Below are positions 55,832 to 64,000 of a DNA stretch of 64,000 nt, one piece after another. The translations under genes were made by a program, and so were the position numbers. This DNA is from Eledone cirrhosa (lineage: Eukaryota): positions 56,296,001 to 56,360,000 of the forward strand of contig OZ024742.1 in NCBI GenBank assembly GCA_964016885.1, in the 5' to 3' direction. Positions within the stretch are counted from its first letter, which is position 1, and each line of letters opens with the position of its first letter. The notes beneath the pieces are model-generated. The model ran no database searches and was not told the DNA's origin. It saw only the letters and a program-made list of their open reading frames with translations.

Positions 55832-58800
55832 ATGGCTATGCTAAGAGTAGGCTGTTTAAATGCGCGTGGCCTGGGCTCAACTTGGAAGCAAGCAATGCTT
55901 CTAAATGACCTCAGGTCACAACGTATAGATGTGATGGTTATTTGCGAGGCCCGGATCAGCAACGTGCGACAGCTGGCCCCCACCTTTGATGACTTTGAGA
56001 TGCACGCATCTCTCTGTCAGCCCGGAGGTGGGGGTGGAGTTGTCGTTCTGCTGCAAAAACATCTGGGTCTCGCAACACAGATGGTACATTTGGACCCGGA
56101 GGGTCGACTAGTGGTTCTGGACCTTGGCAGTGGTAAAGGCGGAGCGTTTAGGTTGGTAGCCGCCTACGGCCCTTTCGGGTCAATGCGGCCGGACTTCTTC
56201 CATCGTCTGGAGACTTTTCTAGGGACGTCCCGCTCCTTGCTATTAGTGGGGGACTGGAATGGTATCCTAGATGCACGCTGGGACTACGTAGGGGCCTGCC
56301 CCGATAGAGAGGGGTGTAATAGCCTCAAAGGGTTAATCGGTCGATTTGACCTGGCCGATAGATATCGACTAGATTTTCCGACTGCGCCAACCTGGACTTG
56401 GGCAAATCGTAGCGGATCATCTAGGTCGTACCTAGATAGGTTCTTAGTTAGAATTAAGGATAAGGACTTTTTAAGTTGTCCAAAAATGCGCATGGTTGGC
56501 TATTCAGACCACAAATTAGTGACCTGCATGGTCAACCTTGACAGAACTCATAGACAGGGCCCCGGTTACTGGAAGCTCAACTTGTCCTTGCCGGCAAGTA
56601 GAGCCTACAGGAATCGGATTAGTACGTTAGTTAAGGAACGGTTGACTGGAGCGATCGTCAACAGCAGGTGGTGGGTATCTCTAAAGAGAGAGATTAGAGT
56701 AGTCTCGATAGAATTTAGTAAGGTTCTAGCTGCGGATAGGAATAGGAAGGAAAGGGAGCTAATAGATAGAGTAGAAGAGGCAATTAGAAGCGGCGACGTG
56801 GCCAGAGTGCTAGCGTCGAGAACGGCTTTGAGCCAGTTTTTCGACGCGAAGCACGAAGGCTGCGTTGTCCGAAGTAAAATACGTGCTCTAGGGAACGAGG
56901 GGACCAAAGCTGTTAGCTGGGCCCGCGTGACAGAGGCCAACAGTGGAACTAAATCCACCATCCGGTCTTTGCGAGACTTGGATGGACGGGCGATTCTTGA
57001 GCCTAAGCAGATGTGTGAGGCCTTTCAAAGGCACTTTGCCCGACTGTTCGGGAGGGGCGGGGAGCCGGTTGGGAACGTGGACTTCGGTCTATACCTCGAC
57101 GGCCTGCCGCGCCTCTCGGACAGGGAGGCGAAGTCCTGCGAGGAACCGATTTCGGCCGCTGAGATAGAGGACGTGCTGAGCCAATGCGGCAAACGCAAAT
57201 CCCCGGGTCTCGATGGTCTTCCTTACGAATTATATCTAGCTATGCCGGACTTGTTCCCCGATCTCCTCGAGGCGGTCTACTGCAACTGGCAACAGAACGG
57301 GAGAATTCCCTGTACTGTGACCAAGGGCGTAGTCACGCTAGTGAGGAAGGACGAGAACAAGGGGGACGAAATAAGTAACTTCAGGCCCATAACTCTGCTA
57401 AATACAGAGTTACAGATTTTGGCCAAGGTGCTAGCAAAGAGGTTGGCGCTTGTCGTGGGCAACCTGGTGGGAGATGCGCAGACATGCGCTATCCCGTCCA
57501 GGTCCATCCATGACAACCTCCACCTCATGCGATACATCATAGAGAGGGTTGGGAACGAACCCGGCTTTGGTGGGGCTCTGATCAACTTGGATCAATCTAA
57601 GGCGTTCGATAGGGTCGACCATGGTTACCTGGATGCGGTGCTAGCAGCGGCAGGCTTCGGACCCGTTTTCAGGGGCTGGATCACTGCTATGCACAGCAGC
57701 CGCATCTGCTCTAGGGTCAAGGTGAACGGCTACCTCTCGGAGCCGTTCAAAATCGCGCGGTCCATCCGACAAGGGTGCCCTCTCTCCTCCCTTCTGTATG
57801 TGTTGACTCTCGAGCCACTACTGCGGAAGTTGGAGTTGTTGCAGGGCATCCCTTTGGAACCGGGATTGCGGAAAGCGGTGTCGGCCTACGCCGATGACGT
57901 GACAGTAATGGTGTCGACGGCCTCCGAAATCGAGGCGGTCGGCACCTTACTGGAGGAGTACGAAAAGTTCACAGGGGCTAAGCTGAACCGGGACAAGTCG
58001 ATCGGTTTGCAACTCGGCACGGGGAGGGGCAGACCGATGCCCTCCGATGGCGTCGTCGGACGCTGGACGGAGGGCCCGGTGAAGTTGCTCGGGGTCTGGT
58101 TCGGACCGGACCTCCAGGTGGAGAAAAACTGGGCGGAGGTTACGAACAGGGTGTTTGCACTGACCCAGAAGTGGGCCAGTTGCAAACTATCCCTGAAAGG
58201 TCGGGCGGAGGTGGCGAACACCTACATAGCGTCCGTCATCTACTACCGCCTGACCGTAGTGCCCTGCCCAAGGGAAACCCTCACCAAGATGGAGCGCGCG
58301 CTCTTCCAATTCCTTTGGAAGAGGCGGGCTCCTATGGTGAGGAGATCCATCTGCTGTCAACACCCTTCGAAAGGAGGGCTGGGGATGCCGTGGCTAATGA
58401 TGCGTAAACACGCATTAAGGCTACGGCACCTCTACGTATTCCTCACCGGACAACCGGTGTGGGCCTCATTTGTGAGACGAACCTTTCCCAGACTCGTCTC
58501 ACTCACCGAGCTGCAATCCTGGGTCAAGCAAAGACCGAGAAAACTGGGCGCCTGGCACACTGAGTGTGCCCAGGCGCTCACCGCCCTCTGGCAGGCGGAT
58601 CCGGTTATCAGTGGAGACTCCACCGCAACATTCTATAGAGGGCTGGTACGCAGCAGGTGCGACGACGCCCTCGGAGAAGCCCTAGACATGGAGGAGGACG
58701 AACTGGCCAGCCTGTTCGGTAGGACATTCAGCCCGGGACCTATGGACAACTTCCAGAAGTCCCTGGCCTGGCAGTGCTACCGAGGGGCTTTACCCGTTCG

Positions 58801-59269
58801 AGAAAGGCTCTACAGACACGGGCGCCCGGGTAGGGACCCCGCCAAAAAGATCTGTCCCAGATGCGTGTGCGACGAGGAAACCGTTGCACACGCATTGGTA
58901 CACTGCTCGGGCGCAGCCGATCTGTGGGGCTATGTCGAACAACTGCTGTCAAGGGTGGGACCGATCCGGTTGACCACCGAGTCTATTGTAATGATCAAGC
59001 CGCCTCCCCCCTTCAAAGATGAAGCAGAGGCGGTGTTTCTGTGCGTAATAGCCATGGCGAAAGAGGTTGTATGGTGGACGCGTCTGAAAGGACTGAGGTC
59101 AGGCACCTTTCTCTCTGGCCAACAACTGGTCCGTTTCTTCCGATATCATTTCGGAAGAAGGATCAGGATGGAGAGAGAGGTGCTGCACCCCAGCCGTTTC
59201 TATGAAAGATGGGTGAAAGTGGCGAGAATGGCCCGTGTGAATGGGCCTTCACTCTACATCAGACTATAG
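55832..59269 (+). CDS. Intact ORF2 of Tx1-like LINE: APE endonuclease, reverse transcriptase and C-terminal CCHC
   Basis: Uninterrupted frame; the track starts at GTG 55808, first ATG is at 55832. APE motifs LNARGL, ICEAR, GDWN, YLDRFLV, SDH. RT motifs KSPGLDG, FRPITLLN, LDQSKAFDRV, RQGCPLS, YADD. C-terminal CPRC...ETVAHALVHC. Confidence 0.95.
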   Translation: MAMLRVGCLNARGLGSTWKQAMLLNDLRSQRIDVMVICEARISNVRQLAPTFDDFEMHASLCQPGGGGGVVVLLQKHLGLATQMVHLDPEGRLVVLDLGSGKGGAFRLVAAYGPFGSMRPDFFHRLETFLGTSRSLLLVGDWNGILDARWDYVGACPDREGCNSLKGLIGRFDLADRYRLDFPTAPTWTWANRSGSSRSYLDRFLVRIKDKDFLSCPKMRMVGYSDHKLVTCMVNLDRTHRQGPGYWKLNLSLPASRAYRNRISTLVKERLTGAIVNSRWWVSLKREIRVVSIEFSKVLAADRNRKERELIDRVEEAIRSGDVARVLASRTALSQFFDAKHEGCVVRSKIRALGNEGTKAVSWARVTEANSGTKSTIRSLRDLDGRAILEPKQMCEAFQRHFARLFGRGGEPVGNVDFGLYLDGLPRLSDREAKSCEEPISAAEIEDVLSQCGKRKSPGLDGLPYELYLAMPDLFPDLLEAVYCNWQQNGRIPCTVTKGVVTLVRKDENKGDEISNFRPITLLNTELQILAKVLAKRLALVVGNLVGDAQTCAIPSRSIHDNLHLMRYIIERVGNEPGFGGALINLDQSKAFDRVDHGYLDAVLAAAGFGPVFRGWITAMHSSRICSRVKVNGYLSEPFKIARSIRQGCPLSSLLYVLTLEPLLRKLELLQGIPLEPGLRKAVSAYADDVTVMVSTASEIEAVGTLLEEYEKFTGAKLNRDKSIGLQLGTGRGRPMPSDGVVGRWTEGPVKLLGVWFGPDLQVEKNWAEVTNRVFALTQKWASCKLSLKGRAEVANTYIASVIYYRLTVVPCPRETLTKMERALFQFLWKRRAPMVRRSICCQHPSKGGLGMPWLMMRKHALRLRHLYVFLTGQPVWASFVRRTFPRLVSLTELQSWVKQRPRKLGAWHTECAQALTALWQADPVISGDSTATFYRGLVRSRCDDALGEALDMEEDELASLFGRTFSPGPMDNFQKSLAWQCYRGALPVRERLYRHGRPGRDPAKKICPRCVCDEETVAHALVHCSGAADLWGYVEQLLSRVGPIRLTTESIVMIKPPPPFKDEAEAVFLCVIAMAKEVVWWTRLKGLRSGTFLSGQQLVRFFRYHFGRRIRMEREVLHPSRFYERWVKVARMARVNGPSLYIRL

Positions 59270-59579
59270 GTGAGGAAGATGAAAGACCAAGGGAGCACCC
59301 CTTCTCTGTGCTCCTGAGGAGAAGGGTTGCACACTTTTTTCGGGGGTGTGTGCGACCCCCCAAGGCGCCTCCTCTCTATTGAGGATTTTGTTAAAAATTT
59401 TATTTTTTGTGATATCTTATTTTATTTTTATAATTTGTTATTGCCTCCTCCTTATTGAGGACGCCTTTTTGTGTAAACTCCCCCCTTTGTACTTGTCCCA
59501 CTTTTGATGCCCTAGTGGCAAATAAAAGAAACTTATCTATCTATCTATCTATCTATCTATTAATCTAGCCAATCTAGCT

Positions 59580-62500
59580 GTCGTCTGTTCGATAGCGTAG
59601 ACGTAATTCACTTCGCGCAGAAGTTTTGTACCAATTTATTGCGGAAACTTTGTAAGTTTAATTTTAATTTTGATACTATTGTGTAGCTTGACCCCCCGTC
59701 TGAACTGTCAGGCGGTGGGTCAGCTCATTTTCGTCCCTCCCAGGGGTGAAAAACCTATTTTTAAAAATTTTGTTGCATAAAATTTCAATCGTCTGGGAGA
59801 AATGTTAAACAAAGCTAACGAAAATAGTGGTGGGGGGACAGCGGTAAGAGTTGTAAGCTTGCACGCTTTAGTCCCTCCTTCCTTCCCAACTAACGTCATA
59901 GAGAAGGAAAGAAAAAAGAAAATAAAAACAGACGAATGTGCGGAGAAAAATGTCGACGAAAACACAAATCTGGAGATTGATTCCAACAACAAAAAAAATA
60001 TGAAAGAATTGCATGACAATTTTAATACCACAAACAAAGAAACAACAAACACAAAAATAACATTTGAAAACAACAACATCATAACAGAAAGCAAAACAGA
60101 CGACAAAGTCAACACCAATAACATCTCATTTGCACAAACAACAAAAAAATCTTTAACATACATACCTGAAAATATTTCAGATGTGGCACAAAGAATAAAA
60201 AACGCCAAACAATTCATAACTCAAGGGGAAAATGGAGCCTTGTCGGTAAACATGCCCCAAGAACTCACCAAAGATATTGAAAGTCGGACGGTCGTTTTCC
60301 GCATCATCAAGAACATCTCAAAAAAGCCACAACAACCAACACAAGCAGAAATTAAAGCGCTACTTAGAGAAGTACTTAATGAAGCCACTTTCATAAGAAG
60401 AGACAGGCTCTATGGAACCCTGGCCATTATTATGAAGAACGAATCGGCGGCAAAAAAATATGCTTTGTCGCCGATTCGTTCGACAAATTTTACCTTTTAT
60501 CCATCTTATATGGGTAAAAGAACTCAGCGCATATGGCTGGATGCGATGATGCCAGATATGTACTACTGCTGGCTCATAGCTGGCTTCATCGATCCAGTGA
60601 ATGACAACGTGATTTCCATTGGGAAAACCACAGGCAATGCGTTCAGTGGAACAGGTATAGAACGTGTTGTGCAAATGAAGCCTGAACGCATTGCCCAAAT
60701 ACCCGACAGAATCCTATTAGAGGGCCACGGGTATATAAACATTAGCGTGGAGGGGAGAAGGCCGTCCTGTCATATCTGTGCAGGCAGAGGGCACCTGAAG
60801 GCGGCTTGTCCCTAACTCAACAAGAAGAAAACCCTGCTACCAACACCAGCTCCACCACCACCACAACAGATAAACAAACAACAAAACTCAGTCCCACCCA
60901 ACCCGTCCATCAGTAAAACTACACCACCACCACAGCACAAACAGATACAACACATTACCCAAAAACAAAACACAGTCCCACCCAACCCCTCACTCAATAA
61001 AACAACACAACCACCGCAGCCACAACACACAACACAGTCTAACATAGTGACATCCATCTCCCCCACAAAGAAAACTAACACGGAAGCATTACCAGCAAAC
61101 ATACCTCTTCCCTCCAACACTGAAGATAACCCAACGAATTCGGAGGAAGAAACGGAGTCCTTGAGACAGATTAAAAGGAAAAAAATAAAACATGTGCAAA
61201 ACACACAAGGCCAAACAGCCCTACCCAAATGTCAACACAATCCAACAAAACACAAAACACCCCTCCAGCAACAAACAAAACCAAACCTGCTTCTCCCCTC
61301 TTCGAAACACTCACACCATCCGAAAAAAAGACATTACACTATGCTTACATCAACAGAAACAATAATAAATTAAATGAACTCATAAACAATAACCCTTCGG
61401 TACAAACCGAAGGGGTAAACTTTGTTTCTTCAGAAAACTACCCACATTTAAAATTAATAAAGATCCCAATGAACCTCTACCAAAAACTAAAAAAGGATTT
61501 TAAGGAGGACGTAGGACCACCCTCTGTCAAACCCATAAACCGCGTCCTCCTAAAAAGCTTTCCCCCTCCCTTCCCCTCCCCAACACAACTCCAAACACCC
61601 CAACGCCACCACACACTGACGACCCCACACCACCACAAGACACCCCTTCACCCAACACCCCCGACCCCATGGAAGTCGTGCGACCCGAACCCCGGGAAGC
61701 AGAAAGGTAGGTCTCTACACTCTCCTTTGGCTTTGCCGCCCACAAGGATGTGTTAAGAGTAGGATGTTTGAATGCACGTGGCCTGGGCTCAACTTGGAAG
61801 CAAGCAAAGCTTCTAAATGACCTCAGGTCACGTGGTATAAATGTAATGGTTATCTGTGAGACTCGGATCAGCTTCGTGCGGCAGCTGGCCCCTACCTTCG
61901 ATGACTTTGAGGTGCACGCATCTCTCTGTCAACCTGGAGGTGGGTGTGGGGTTGTCGTACTGCTGGAAAAACACCTGGGTCTCGCCGTACAGGTTGTTCA
62001 CTCGGACACGGAAGGTCGTTTGTTGGTGCTAGACGTTGGCAGTAGTGGAGGTGCGGCCTTGAGACTGGTCGCCGTCTACTCCCCTTTCGGAGCTGAACGA
62101 CCCGACTTCTTCCAGCGTCTGGAGACTTTTCTGGGAACGTCGCGTTCCCTGCTTCTAGCGGGGGACTGGAATGACATCCTAGATGCACGTTGGGACTATG
62201 CAGGAGCATGTCCTAATAGACGGGGGTGTAATAGCCTCAAGGGGTTACTCGACCGTTTTAACTTGGTCGATAGATATCGACTAGATTTTCCAACTGTGCC
62301 AACCTGGACTTGGACGAACCACAGTGGTCAATCTAGATTGTACTTAGATAGATTCTTAGTTAGAAGTAAGGATAGGGACATATTAAGCTGTCCAGAAATG
62401 CTCACGGTTGGCTATACAGATCACAAATTAGTGACCTGCGTAGTCAACCTCGAGAGAACACATAGACAGGGTCCCGGTTACTGGAAACTTAATTTGTCTT

Positions 62501-64000
62501 TACCGGCAAAAGAGGCTTACAGAGACCGGATTAGCAGATTAGTTAAGGAGAGGTTGACGGGTGCAATCGTCAACAACCGATGGTGGGCATCTCTCAAAAG
62601 AGAGATTAGAACAGAATCAATAAGTTATAGCAAGATGTTAGCTGCCGATAGGAATAGGAACGAGAAAGAATTAACAGGTAAATTAGAAGAGGCAATCAAG
62701 AGCGAAGGTGTGGCCAGAGTGCTGGCATCGAGGACGGCCTTGAGCCAGTTTTTCGATGCAAAGCACGAAGGCTGCGTCATTCGAAGTAAAATACGTGCTC
62801 TAGGTAATGAGGGGGACAAAGCCGTTGGCTGGGCCCGCGTGACAGAATCTAAGAGTGGAAATCTATCCACCATCCGGTCTTTGCAAGACGAGGATGGACG
62901 GGTGATCCGGGAGCCTAAGCAGATGTGCGAGGCCTTTCAAAGGCACTTTGCCCGATTGTTCGGAGGAGGCGAGGGTCCGGGCGAGGACGTGGATTTCGGT
63001 CCATACCTCGACGGCCTGCCGCGTCTCTCGAGCGAAGAGGCAGAGTCCTGCGAGGGACCAATCTCGGCTGATGAGATCGGGGATGCGCTGAGCCAATGCA
63101 GCAGACGCAAATCTCCAGGTCTCGATAGTATAACTTACGAACTTTATTTAGCAATGCCGGTCTTCTACTCCGAACTCCTCGAAGCAGTCTACTGCAATTG
63201 GCAGCAGAACGGGAGAATTCCTTGTTCTGTAGCCAAGGGCGTAGTCTCGCTGGGGAGGAAGGATGAGAACAAGGGGGATAGTATAAATCATTTTCGGCCC
63301 ATAACTCTGCTAAACACAGAGTTAAAGATTTTGGACAAGGTGTTAGCAAAGAGGTTGGCGCTTGTCGTGGGTGGCCTGGTGGGAGATGCGCAGACATGTG
63401 CTATCCCATCCAGGTCCATTCACGACAACCTCCACCTCATGCGATACATCATAGAGAGGGTTGGCAACAAACCCGGCTTCGGTGGGGCCCTGATCAACTT
63501 GGATCAGTCTAAGGCGTTCGATAGGGTCGACCATGGTTACCTGGATGCGGTGCTAGCGGCGGCTGGGTTCGGTCCTGTTTTCTGAGGCTGGATCACTGCC
63601 TTACATAGCAACCACATCTGTTCTAGGATCAAGGTGAACGGCTACCTTTCGAAGCCGTTCGAAATCACACAATCCATTCGACAGGGGTGCCCTCTCTCCT
63701 CCCTTCTGTACGTATTGACTCTCGAGCCTTTACTGAGGAAGTTGGAGTTGTTGCAGAGTATCCCCCTGGAACCAGGATTGAGCAAAGCGGTGTCGGCCTA
63801 CGCCGATGACGTAACAGTAATGGAATCGACCGACTCGGAGATCGAGGCGATCGGTACCTTACTGGAGGAATACGAAAGGTTGTCAGGAGCGAAACTGAAC
63901 CGGGAAAAATCAATCGAGCTGCAACTCGGAACGTGGAGAGGCAGACCAATGCCTCCCGACGGTGTCGTCGGACACTGGACGGAGGGCCCGGTGAAGTTGC
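59580..64000 (+). mobile_element. Tx1/L1-clade LINE copy 3, head-to-tail after copy 2, running off the window end; inactivated
   Basis: ORF1 59802-~61710 (knuckle CHICAGRGHLKAAC, premature TAA at 60813, frameshifts). ORF2 from ~61750 is clearly similar to copy 2, with a premature TGA at 63583, and the frame continues to YADD near 63799. Confidence 0.93.

Larger units (their letters stand above)
53957..59533 (+). mobile_element. Near full-length Tx1/L1-clade non-LTR retrotransposon (copy 2) flanked by (TATC)n on both sides
   Basis: 5'UTR, ORF1 (Asn-rich N-terminus, CCHC knuckle CYLCGTRGHLRAVC), ORF2 (APE+RT+CCHC), and a 3'UTR ending GCCCTAGTGGCAAATAAAAGAAACT followed by (TATC)n. Confidence 0.93.

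Overview
AT-rich, microsatellite-dense animal DNA. The SINE families and (TA)n/(CA)n load look like an octopus or other coleoid genome, which is an inference. The only host coding sequence I can support is two minus-strand exons (40039-40137 and 31823-31900) of an M13-family (neprilysin/ECE-like) metallopeptidase, so most or all of the window is probably intronic. The rest is retroelement-derived. There are three near full-length Tx1/L1-clade LINEs on + (45856-51735, 53957-59533 with an intact 1145-aa ORF2, and 59580 to beyond the window end), plus degraded minus-strand copies. There is also a Neptune-type Penelope-like element (RT + GIY-YIG), several RTE fragments and many tRNA-derived SINEs. 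The most striking pattern is a dense set of short fold-back (head-to-head inverted) insertions sitting in (TA)n tracts. Several of them, from unrelated sequence families, carry minimal type-I hammerhead ribozyme motifs with a palindromic stem III. One is a 438-474 nt tandem, retrozyme-like unit present in both orientations. Most short ORFs in the track (YIYI, THTH, CVCV) are microsatellite artefacts. Repeat boundaries were placed by eye and are approximate.
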